A DNA stretch of 20,000 bases from Toensbergia leucococca (lineage: Eukaryota), in the NCBI GenBank assembly GCA_022813965.1, contig JALDZS010000128.1, positions 53,111 to 73,110 of the forward strand, read 5' to 3'. The notes under the pieces are model-generated. The model saw only the letters and a list, made by a program, of their open reading frames with translations, was not told the DNA's origin and ran no database searches. Each line of letters opens with the position of its first letter. The first letter of the stretch is position 1. Shown in pieces: positions 1 through 10,650 of the stretch. The position numbers and the translations under genes were made by a program.

Positions 1-1239
1 ACCCATTTCCCTTTGACCAACTCAAGACGCTTGAAGAAGGGTAGCCATTCTGGTGAAGAGAACGATAGCAATCAGACGGTGCCAAACATGATTTTGATAT
101 GCTGACTTACCTAGGAAATTCCAGAACATCACCATATACCATGGTGAGCCACCACCGAATTTCAATGTGTCGTGTAGTCGGGCCGTGCAAGCGTCTGTCA
201 TCTTACCATGGATATTTTTCAGAAATATTTGGACGTGCTCATTGAACGCCAGTTTCTCTGCAGGATGCTTGTGGGGGAGCTCTTGGAGCTCGGTAATCAT
301 CCATTCCAAGGCAATGTCGCTCAGCTGTACGGGATCGTTGGCTTCGCTGACGTTCTTTTTACCTTCTGCAAGCCAACCTCCACCGATGTCGCCGTGGTTT
401 CCTGCAAAGTAGACTTCTTTTATGTCTTCAACACTATCATGGTCCGCTTCCATGTCTTGTTGAAGGAGAGCAACCTTGAATTTACACCGGCGCTCGTCAA
501 GCGCTACTGCATGCCGGATGTGGTGTGCCGTGCTGAGCACTGTTGGCAAAAACGTTTTCGTGGTGAAGGGAACATCAAATGTCCCCACAGAATTGACCGT
601 ATCCCATAGCCCGAGGAAATGGATCTTCACATCTTGACGACCAAAGGTTGTTTTGAAACTATCCATCCAATCCTGGTGTTCTTTGGCGCTCTTGAATTTG
701 CCCACACCGTTTTCGTAGTCCTGATAGGACTTGTACGCAAACGGGACCATTTCCTCGTTCCCCTGAGACAGCAAGCCCACTGTCTGGACCATGCGAGCGA
801 GAAAACGAGCGGTGAATGCACCACGAGAGAAACCGAACATGTAGATCTTGTCACCGTCTTTATAGTATCGCATGATGAAGCGATAGCCGGCGATGACATG
901 CGAATCGAACGTCGTACCGACTCCCTCATCAATCGATTGGGAGATAGATCGCTTGAAGCGTCCCCAAGGGCCTTGGTTAAGAGATTCTTCCCCAGCGGAA
1001 TAGGTTCCAATGCCGGCTATGCAGATGCTGTCAACAGGAATCCAAAGCAAATTGGCATCTTACTCACGCTGATAATAATGGTATTGGTCCTTGGCCTTAC
1101 GATCAAGTTTTTGGTACAGCTTTACTATGTTGGTATCGGAAGTATCTCCTGAATACGAGTTGCCGGTGCCATCGAAGCACAGGACCAACCTTGAGGGAGG
1201 CGTCCGCTCCTCCTCATCGTCGATAAGGAGCCCTGGCAT
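1..1239 (-). CDS. DUF2235 / T6SS Tle1-like phospholipase-domain alpha/beta-hydrolase (3' end lies outside the window)
   Basis: ATG at 1239. Exon 1 (1239-1068) reads [27 protein letters not shown]...SDTNIVKLY...YYQ. GT-AG intron 1067-1017 restores YYQPGIGTY. Exon 2 (1016-111) has [10 protein letters not shown] (GxSxG nucleophile), [19 protein letters not shown] and [15 protein letters not shown] intron 110-50 leads to exon 3, [16 protein letters not shown], which continues off the edge. These are typical DUF2235 motifs. Confidence 0.93.
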
Positions 1240-3096
1240 TGGGAGTGACGGTTCGAGGTCTGAAACGAAGAAGTTTGGCAGTGGATCGATATGGTTGCTT
1301 ACGCTCTAATAAGTTGGAGAATTCGAGACGATTTTCAAGGTGGACCAGGGACTTCAATGCAAATTACAACAGAGCATGAGTGGGGAACCGACAAGGCTTT
1401 GGGGCTTCGAGTTCCACAAGTCAAAAGGAAAGGGCACCAATTTTGGAAAGATTACCAGTCACATGAAGCTTCATCGAGAAGAAAAGGAGGAGGACCTATG
1501 GTCGCCTGACATGCATCCACGACGGCCCTCCACGATAGCTTCGCCAGCTGCCAATGGGCGTGTGGCTGATTTCTTGTCCGATCTTCAGTTGGCTTTGGTA
1601 TGCGAGCGCCATGGATATCGGGATTACGCTGTCCTGATTGGCATGCAGATCAGTATGCATCCAAGACGATAATACGGATATCAGAACTAACAATTTGAGG
1701 TTGCTCGAAAGGGAGAGCAGGAATTGGTGAAGCAGGTAGATCACCAGGGTTACCTAGGTAGGTAGGTATGCAGTAAGGTATGTTGGTGTCAAGTAGAATA
1801 TCTGGGGCGCCTCATGGTTCATTACCTTACCTCAGCTTAGGCTTCTCCAATAGAGTTTCCCATTGGCTCGGTCCCGGCCCGCATCGATCTGACACAATTC
1901 CATCTAATGCTCCATGCCTATCTAGGTAGACTTGTTCGCTTCGTCGTCAACTAGCATACCTTAACCACTCTCATTTCCATAGCGCCACTATTGGGCTATT
2001 GAGCCATTAGGCGAGACGCGCTCTTGCTAGCTGCATCCATCTATCCAATACCTATCCGTACCACTCCTACCTACCTACTCTCCTACCTACTCTCCTACTT
2101 ACCCCGCTCTTAGATCGGGGAATTCTGGACTGTGGACTGTCGCACTCATAGCACTGTGGGCCGTGGCTAGCTGAAGAGCTCTGAGTTTCGACTGCATACT
2201 TTACTAACGCTAGCAGAACCCTGTAAATCTTGGGCTCGCTGAAGAACGCCACTAGAATAGTTCAAGGCTAAGAATGCTCAGAACGACGACTCGGTTGCCC
2301 TCCAGCTCCTGAGCCATTGGAATTTCTACGCCTTGAGAAGACAGTGAGGAATGTATACGTTCCAATCAAGCCGCTCCGTTATCGCGCCCTGATCTGTTTT
2401 CGCACCATGGGCAGCCCTGAGATTGTCATATCATATGGATCATTGGTTCGGTCACCAACCCTGAAATATTGACAATTTGACTCCGCATCTTGGCGGCAAT
2501 AAGGGCTTTGTACGTGCAGCACTATTGGACCGACCGGTCCTGGGACTTGTATTTCAAACTCGGTGCTTGGGACCGCCAACTAATCATTGTTGGCCCGCCT
2601 ACTCACTCACAACAACAGGTAGGAAATGGACGCATGCATAGAGCTATCGTACGCCGCAGAAGAAAGGGGCCTGGATTCGTCCATTCGAGCGCCATTGCTT
2701 CTTCTCCGCTTTCCGACGGTAGCATATCAACGAGTCGAGCCGTTGATGCTGGTATAATACAATGATACTGTTTCGATACGGCTTCTATACTGGTTTGATA
2801 GTCTGCAAGAGGCAAGGGACGCATAATACACTTGCTATCGCGTCCTCCATTAGCCCAGTCGTTAGCCTTTGAACGGGTTGATCTATAGATTGTCTAGCTA
2901 GATAGGCTTTCGATCTTTACCACACCACGGTGATCCTATTTACTGACCCCAGTCTTGGTGGTCCAGCATCTTTCCTTGGTTCTGCTGAAAAGCTCGTTTT
3001 CAACTGTAACCGGACCTGCTCTTTGTCTTGAGCATTGGATACATCTACTTACCTAGAGACACATCTCACCGAGTTCTAACTAGGGTCTAAATCAAG
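1240..3096. promoter_or_regulatory. Divergent intergenic/promoter region shared by the DUF2235 and DOX-CYP genes
   Basis: Lies between head-to-head ATGs at 1239 (-) and 3097 (+). Contains GGTA/TACC-type repeats and the palindrome GGACCG-AC-CGGTCC at 2527-2540. Confidence 0.6.
2064..2098. repeat. Imperfect CCTA/CTCCTAC short tandem repeat
   Basis: Sequence ctcctacctacctactctcctacctactctcctac. A complementary (GGTA)n run occurs at about 1757-1768. Confidence 0.7.
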
Positions 3097-6000
3097 ATGT
3101 TCGAAACATTGACTGGACTGTTCTCTCATGAAACGAACAAGGAAAACACATCAAACTATGGAGACAGTTCATTCACCGACGCAAAAGTCAAGCAATCTGG
3201 CCTTGTGGATGATCTCAAGGCCCTCGGGCCGAATCTTGGACGAGATGTTCTGACACTGATTGAGAAGGTCTCCAGCGAAGGAGAGCCATATGATGATCGA
3301 ACATTCTTGGTGTGTCTTGACTAGCAAAGCTTGACGGAAGAGACAGCTGACATGATTTCAATTGCAGATGGAACGCATCATAGCCCTCACGGCATCTTTG
3401 CCTCAGTCATCCACGATGCGTGCGAAACTGACCCAGACCCTGGTGGGAACTCTGTGGGACTCGTTACAGCATCCTCCTGTTTCGTACTATGGGGATCAAT
3501 ACCAGTACCGAACAGCTGATGGCTCCTATAATGTAAGAGATTCTTATGAGACTAGAAAACAAATATTGACTACGGTATGATAGAATGTTCTATATCCACA
3601 TCTCGGACAGGCTGGGATGCCCTATGCTAAGAGCGTACGCTCGGTAAAAGCACTTCATGGAGCAAAGCCAGACCCGGGTCTCTTGTTCGACTGTCCGTTG
3701 ATTCGACCTCCCCACGTCCTGGCACAATCGCTGACTATCTCAAGTACTGATGGCACGGCCAGAAGGAAAGTTTGCTAAAAATCCAGCGGGCATAAATAGC
3801 ATGCTGTTTTACCACGCTACGATCATTATACATGGTAATGCCTTGATTTACCTCTATTTTGTGTTTGCGTCACTAACCATCTCAGACATTTTCCGTACGA
3901 ATCGCCGGGATGCAAATATTAGTGATACCTCCTCGTACCTCGACCTTTCGCCATTGTATGGCAAGGACCAGGATGCTCAAAACACAGTTAGGACTTTCAA
4001 GGACGGCAAACTGAAGCCTGACACGTTTGCTGAAGAGCGTCTTCTGGGGCAACCTCCAGGAGTCTGTGTCATGCTGGTCATGTATAGTCGTTTTCACAAC
4101 TATGTGGCGGGGAATCTTGCCGCTATAAACGAGGACAACCGCTTTGACGTGCCTCAACAAGGAGATCCAGATTATGACATGAAGGTGAAAAAAAGAGACA
4201 ACGATCTCTTTCAGACTGCAAGACTGTATGATCCCACCCGCTTGCATGACACTGCTATTAGCACATGAGCTGATGCTCAACTTTTTTAGTGTGGTGGGTG
4301 GAATGTACATCAACATCAGCTTGCATGACTACATCCGGGGCATCACAAACGTCCACCATTCTAACTCAACATGGACTTTGGATCCACGCATAGAGGTCGC
4401 AGCTTCCAAGGCTGGACCTGCAGTAGAGCGTGGGGTTGGGAATCAAGTTTCTGCCGAGTTCAATCTACTCTATCGATTCCACTCTGCAATCTCCGATAGA
4501 GACGATAAATGGACCAATGACTTCTTCAAGAGTATCTTTGGAGACAAGCCGCCAGAGACAATCGGCCTCCGAGAGTTTTACCAGGGTGTTGTCAAATATG
4601 AGGCTGGTATACCCAAGGAGCCGAGTGAGAGAGTCTTTGGAGGATTAACTAGAGATTCCACCACTGGCACTTTCAATAATGGTGACTTGGTCAAGATTCT
4701 CCAGGAAAGCATGGAAGATCCAGCTGGTTTGTCCTTGTTCTTTAGTATCTTGATAGTGGGAGTGTGCTTCTAACGAGTCGAGTGTCTTAGGTGCTTTCGG
4801 TGCCAAAAACATCCCCAAACATTTACGGACTGTCGAGATTCTCGGAATAATTCAAGCTCGAAAATGGCAAGCAATTCTTGTAGCCTTGATATTCATTCGT
4901 TAACTTCCGCATAGGCAAAGTGCATCCCTGAACGAATTCCGTAAATTCTTCGGATTAAAAACTCATGACACCTTTGAGAGCATTAATCCTGATCCGGAGA
5001 TTGCTGATCTACTCCGCAAGCTTTACGACTCTCCAGATATGGTGGAGCTCTATCCAGGACTTTTTGTAGAAGACGGAAAGCCACGGATGGACCCCGGAAG
5101 TGGTTTTGCAGCGCCATATACTGTTGGCCGAGCAGTCCTTTCCGATGCCGTGACGCTTGTGCGAGGTGATCGTTTTTATACAGTCGTAAGTGCTATTCGG
5201 AGGAATTTAGCTTTATGAAATTGACCTGTCTCACTAGGACTATACGAGCGCGAGCATGACGAAATGGGGCATGGCAGAAGTACAACAGAACTATGATACA
5301 CTAGGAGGCTCGATGATGTACCGGCTCATCCATCGATCATTCCCTCGTTGGTTCAAATTCAACACACTTTATGTCATGCAGCCAATGTATCTGCCGAGCA
5401 TGAATAAAGAAATTGCCAAACAGTTCGGAACAATCGACCTGTACTGTGCAGACCCGCCATCGCCACCTCCAAAAATGACCGTTTTGAACACTCATGCGGC
5501 CATATCCGCTCTTCTAGCCGACCAGGCTAACTTCAAAGTGAAATATGGCATCCAGCTACCGGATTTGGTCTTTGCCGATTATATGTTGCAAGGAGACGGC
5601 CCTGCTAATAGGGCAAACCACAAATTTGTGGCCCAGCGAATGATGAATGTACCAGGTGGTCTGGACCTTTACGCAAAGAGTTTCGAAGAAACCATGCGTA
5701 AGATTCTCACGAGGGAGTCTTATAAGCTAGGCAACTACTTCCAGGTTGACATGACGAAAGAGTGAGACATCTATTTTCATGTTGAATGGAGTCTAAAGGC
5801 CGAACTCACACTTTCTATAGTATTGCCCGCGTCGTGACTGTCCAAACCCACGCTGAATTCCTTAACCTATCCCTCTACGTCAAGGGTGAGAACGAGGACG
5901 GCTTGACTGAAGAGGATATGTACAGTTGCATAGTCAACTATCTAAACTACGCAAATATCGATAGCGATCCTGCCGAGTCTTGGAATCTGCGTCGCACGGC

Positions 6001-7039
6001 CCGCGACAGCTTCAAGAAGCTCAAGGTATCTACCGAGGACATGGTGAAAAAGAATGCCCGCAGCGGTGGGCTCGTGGGCCATTTCTTTGCTGCCGCCCCT
6101 GCCGCTAAGGGGTCGTTGAGGGAAGTTGGGCAGAAATTGACCAAGGATCTTTTGGACAAGGGATATAACATTGAAAAGACAGCTACGACCTTGTTCACTA
6201 CCGCAGCAGGCGGTATTGCAAACATTCCCAGCAGCGTGAGTCCAACGAAAGCATTATTCCCATTCCAACCTCTCAAAGCTAAAACACACAAAAGTTCGTC
6301 CAAATCCTCGACTGGTTCCTCCAAGACCAGAACGCCGAGCACTGGGCCGCCGTGCAAAAACTCGCCGCAGAAGACACTCCCGCCGCTTTTGAAACCCTCA
6401 AAAAATACGTCCTTGAAGCCTGCCGCTTCTCCTCCTTCCTAGCCCTAGTCCGAGTCTGCATCCCCGAACAAGGCGAAGCCGCCCAAGTGAAAAACGACCA
6501 GGGCCAGCCCATCACCATCAAAAAAGGCGAAGTCGTCCTTTCAAATATAGTAAAACCCCCAAACCCCACAAAACCCACTCCGTTCCCTTAAAAAGAGCCA
6601 TAATTTCTAACCTCCCAAAAAAGACAGCAGCCTTTTACGATCCAAGCGTGTACCCCTCCCCGAATGAACTCAAACTCGACCGCCCAATGGACGTCTACCA
6701 GATGTGGTCCATGGGTCCCCACGGCTGCGCTGGCCGCGCCATCGCCATCACAGCCCTGGCCACTATGACCAAGGTGTGCGCACAGCTGAAAAACTTGCGC
6801 AGGGCGCCCGGGCTGCAGGGGCAGATTAAAAGTATTCCTGGCGCGTTGCCGGGGAGTAAGCAGTATTTGAGTGATGATTGGTCGAGGTTTCAGCCGTTTG
6901 CTGGAAGTAAGTTTTGGCCCCTATGTTTTTCAGACTTTTCTTTTTGTATTCTTCTTTTTTGGAGTATAGCTGAGCTAACCCGCTATTTTTCTTTTTCGTT
7001 TTAGCGTGGAAGGTGCAGTTTGACGACTTTCACTCGTGA
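3097..7039 (+). CDS. ppo: Fatty-acid heme dioxygenase-cytochrome P450 fusion (DOX-CYP; Ppo / linoleate diol synthase family), about 1070 aa
   Basis: Inferred introns: 3310-3367, 3533-3583, 3693-3744, 3835-3885, 4226-4289, 4727-4790, 4867-4914 (GC-AG), 5186-5237, 5762-5820, 6236-6294, 6550-6623, 6907-7004. The spliced CDS is 3213 nt, in frame, and ends ...TWKVQFDDFHS*. DOX motifs: YRTADGSYNN, IIIHDIFRT (distal His), SSYLDLSPLYG, NQVSAEFNLLYRFHS (catalytic Tyr and proximal His), SLNEFRKFF, VELYPG, LVRGDRFYT. P450 motifs: EACR (ExxR) and WSMGPHGCAG (heme-thiolate Cys). Confidence 0.96.
4867..4914 (+). other. Non-canonical GC-AG intron in the DOX-CYP gene
   Basis: The frame ...IIQARKW hits an in-frame TAA unless spliced. 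TG|GCAAGC...GTTAAC...CATAG|G restores ARKWQSASLNEFRKFF. The nearest GT donor (4880) gives the wrong frame. Confidence 0.75.
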
Positions 7040-7886
7040 GAGGGCTTTCTCGCAGTAGATCGATAGGGGAGGAAGGGGTGAAGGGGGGGGGTTTTCTGAC
7101 GCCGTTGTGGAAGGGGATATTGCTGGCTTTTGTCAATATGGTCCAATGGGCTCGATTACGCAGTTTGGTCTGGGGGCAGATTTTCCTTTTGGATTATGTT
7201 ACTGTAGTTTAGCCCAAAATGGGCAGACGGAAGGAATACAGTCGATGTCATCCCCTCCTAGGTATTTTCACCTTCCTCGATGATGATAAATGATGAAATT
7301 CATTACCCCTCCAATATTCCGCTCCCTCTCCCACAAAACAAAAAACCCCAACCACCCAACCCCGCAATAGAAAAAGTACGGAGCACGGTAGGCGGAATCG
7401 AAAAACGGGCCCCTCCGTACACCGAACCGTGGCCGCCCCCATTAATTTGTCCCTAACACACCCCGCCCCCCCCTCCCAAAAAATAAATCATACCCACACT
7501 TCTCCCCCTCCCCCGACATCGACCTTATAATCCTCCAATTTCACAGGGGGGCTGTATAGAATCAAAGGAGGCGAGGGATCTTTTTCGTAGGGGTCGGGAA
7601 TGTATTTGAGCGGGAGTAGGACCCACCCCGATGGGCCGGGGGGTTGGGGTAAAAAGTGCCGGGGAAGCGAAACGGGGGAGGGAGGGAAAAATGGAGAGAA
7701 AGGGGACCATAACTCCTCCTCGTTGGAAGAGGACACGGGATCGAAGTTTTTTGATAAAAGGGCCTAATGCGCTATCTATTCCCACCGCTTCCTCCCTTCA
7801 CCACCTTTTCCATCTCCCCGCCTCCAACCCCCAGCCCGGGGCCATCAAAGTCGAACAAGTCCTTCCAGTGCCTAAAACCATCACAC

Positions 7887-9162
7887 CTAGATAAACTTCT
7901 TCGACTCCTCCGTTTCCCCTCCCGCTCCAAGGACCATCTCATCCCGCGCCCACATCAACGCCGCAACCCCGCTCGCCGAACCCCCCACAGCCGTCAACCC
8001 CGCCACCTTCAACAACGGCACCGTCCACCCCTCCCACTTGGCCCTGCCCTCATGCGCGTTGCGGTACTGCAGCGCGGCCCACAGCAGGGGGGAAACGGCG
8101 CTGATGTTCATGTTCCAGATGAGGAGGTTCTTCAGACCTTGGCCCATGTCGTTGACGTGGATGGTGCTGAGGGGGGAGACGCCGACGAAGATGGCGGTGG
8201 GGCTGAGGTTGGCGCGGGCAATGGGGGTGAAGAGGGTGGGGAAGAAGATGGTGGAGAGGGAGAGGGTTAGGGTGATTATGTGGGTGATTGCGCCGAAGGT
8301 GGCGCTGAAGAGGTAGACGGTGCGTAGGCCGGTGAGGGCTTGGGCGCAGCGCTGGGATGGGGATTGAGTGGGGGATGGTGATGCGGGGCGGAGGGTGAGG
8401 AAGTAGCGGATTAGGAGGACTTGGAAGATTTTGAAGGGGATCGGGTAGAGTTCCCAGAAGGCCATGATGATTTGGCAGGTCGGGTAGGAGGTGTAGAATG
8501 GGGTTGGGAGGGCGACGAGGGCGGTGGGGATGAGGTAGGAGAGGGTGAAGGCTATAGGCCAGGCGGCGACTTCGATGGGGTCGACGAGGAGGTCAGTGGC
8601 GGCGCTATTGGGGGAGGTTCGGGAGGGGGAGAGGTTTGTTGGCGAGGTGAGGAGGTGGAGGAAGAAATAGAGAGGAAGGATTGTGCAGAAGGTGATTGTT
8701 TGGGATAAAAGTCCGACGATTGTTGTGCTTGAAAATTGTCATGTTAGAGTAGACGCCCTCACGTGATAACATAGGGAAGGGAAATTTGGGTTACAAAGTC
8801 AAGAGTTTTCCTTTATTGCCCAGACGCAGTCCTTCCAGCCCGGCTACCATCCACGCCCCAGCAAACTGGCCGGAGAATTCAAAAGCGACCAAAGAGGTCC
8901 CAGGCCACGTGCCGTCGATAGCGGGCCAGAGGAAAATTGTCAAGCGTTGAAGCAGCGGGTCGACGAGCGGGAGACCCGTAAAAGTCATTCTGACAGGTTG
9001 TTCGGCGGCGGGGAGGAGCTGGACCTTGCTGTGGAGCCTGTCAGCGAGTAGGCCGAGGAAGCCATCGCGTGCGCCGAGGCCCCAGGTGCTTAGGAAGCCG
9101 GCGAGAGAGATGAGGGGCAGAGCTATCTTGACCGCTGTGTTGAGGGTTTGTAAGGACGGCAT
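7887..9162 (-). CDS. Multi-pass membrane protein, CtvD/AurD-like epoxide hydrolase / PaxA-AtmA-like cyclase family, about 402 aa
   Basis: Exon 1 9162-8795, intron 8794-8728 (GTAACC...CTAAC...AAG), exon 2 8727-7887; 1209 nt in frame. It has many hydrophobic helices and the pattern FTGLPLVDPLL..L..FLWPAIDG...GQ...LEGLRLGN...GLLSQ...PLYFFLHLLTS...QIIMAFWELYP...GVAALMWARDE, which I recognise from the CtvD/AtmA-type family. The gene model is solid; the family assignment is moderate. Confidence 0.72.
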
Positions 9163-10650
9163 GGCTAGAGGGGAAATGAAAATACTGCTGTCTGCTTTTC
9201 TTTCTTTTTCTTTGATGGAGGCGGATGTACTCGACTTCAGGCCTTTTAATACCGTGGCTAAAAGGTGGGAGGACTAGAATAGAGAAGGCTTGAATCGGAC
9301 AGGCGGTTAGGTCGGAAGATGGCCCTGGTTTCTAGATTTCAAGATCACTTCCTAGTCGACAAAAGAAAGCCTTCATGCATGACTGCCCTGCTAGCGGATT
9401 GATGAGTGCAGAGCAAAGCGATCATGTCCGGCGGTAATAACGCGGTATTGTTTTGAAATGTTTCCGTAATGTGGCTGTATCAAACCCGCATATCGCAATC
9501 CGGTTTATTTCTCCTCTTTCTCTTTTAGCTCTTGGCCTCCTCAGCTTGCATGCAAGATATCAAGTACACTAAACAAGAGTAGTCTCCATAGTACCATCCT
9601 CCAATTCAATGAGCTGATTGTACGAGATTGAAAATGCTTTAAACCTTCCTAGGGTTTTTTGAGGCGAGAATCGGCGCCATTGACATCTGAGATGATTGGA
9701 TCACTTCCATTAGGTGTCTGTGACGTGAAAATTCATCAGTAAAGAGAAATTGCGTTCTAGGAGCAGCTAGTAGCATAGTGTTTATTGTTCCTCGGTGTCG
9801 TCAGATCAATCCGTTCAGAGAGGCCAATGAGATGGACTCTCTAGAAGTAGAGTCTAAGCGATTGGTAGAAAGCTTACTTGGTGATTGAGTTCAATATATG
9901 GTGAGCAACAGAGATTGGATGGTTTGCTAAGGAAGTCAGACGGGAAAATAAGAAACACCAGAAGTGAGGACCGAGGCTGATGTCAGATTGTGCGGATCAA
10001 TGATTATCCCTTCCGTTGAAGCATAGTGTGACTGCACTGATCTCCGACTTTCTCTGTTTTCATTACTAGGTCTGGAAGTGGTGTTGGAATGGGATTCAAG
10101 GGAATGACTGATATCTTGTACATTCGACTGAGCTGCAACGTATCATGCACGATGGCTACTCACGATCTGGGACATGACAATGCGCTAGTCTTGATCTGTC
10201 CTGCTGGGTACTCAGGCAGGTCATGCATGCCTCCTGAGGCCTATAGTTCTGTTCTTGTCCTTCTTTCATTGGCATCGAGTATTGGAGAATGAAGACAGTA
10301 GTTTAGGAAAGAGTAAAAGGAAAGATGGGAGCATAAGGAAGTGAGAGAAACCTCTAATCTTAGCAAAATGAAGTGAACAGTATTTCTGCAGGCGAATGTG
10401 AGATGAGATGTCTTTCAATTTTATCTTTGAGGGAAAGGTCATGAGCCCTCATCGTAATTGTCATGCCATCCCAAAAAGTCCCCTGATGTGCTTTGCCCTA
10501 ATTCGCTAATCCTTCATCTCGGCCATCGGCCATTGACTATGCCGGCTATGACGTCAGAGTCTCGGCAACGTCTGATGTTTCCTCAGAATTTCTGCTCTCC
10601 TACTGTCCAGCTGTCCTACTCCCTACCTCTATCTTTGTCACTACGACACC
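9163..10650. promoter_or_regulatory. Divergent promoter region between the CtvD-like gene and the Zn2Cys6 TF
   Basis: Lies between head-to-head ATGs at 9162 (-) and 10651 (+). Has clustered CGG/CCG triplets at about 9295-9315 and 9427-9503, CCTCGG at 9790-9795 and CCGAGG at 9971-9976. Confidence 0.55.

Noticed and set aside
167..1309. Plus-strand ORFs of 72-177 aa
   Set aside because: Antisense shadows of the DUF2235 gene with no motifs of their own.
1291..2824. Short ORFs in the divergent spacer
   Set aside because: Mostly non-ATG starts, no recognisable domain and no coherent splice model.
7488..7770. 82-aa minus-strand Pro-rich ORF (…PSGWVLLPLKYIPDPYEKDP…)
   Set aside because: No ATG in frame and no family resemblance. 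It lies in skewed sequence between two convergent 3' ends; it could be a gene fragment but that is unsupported.
7631..8708. Plus-strand Arg/Gly/Glu-rich ORFs
   Set aside because: Antisense to the CtvD-like gene and explained by compositional skew.
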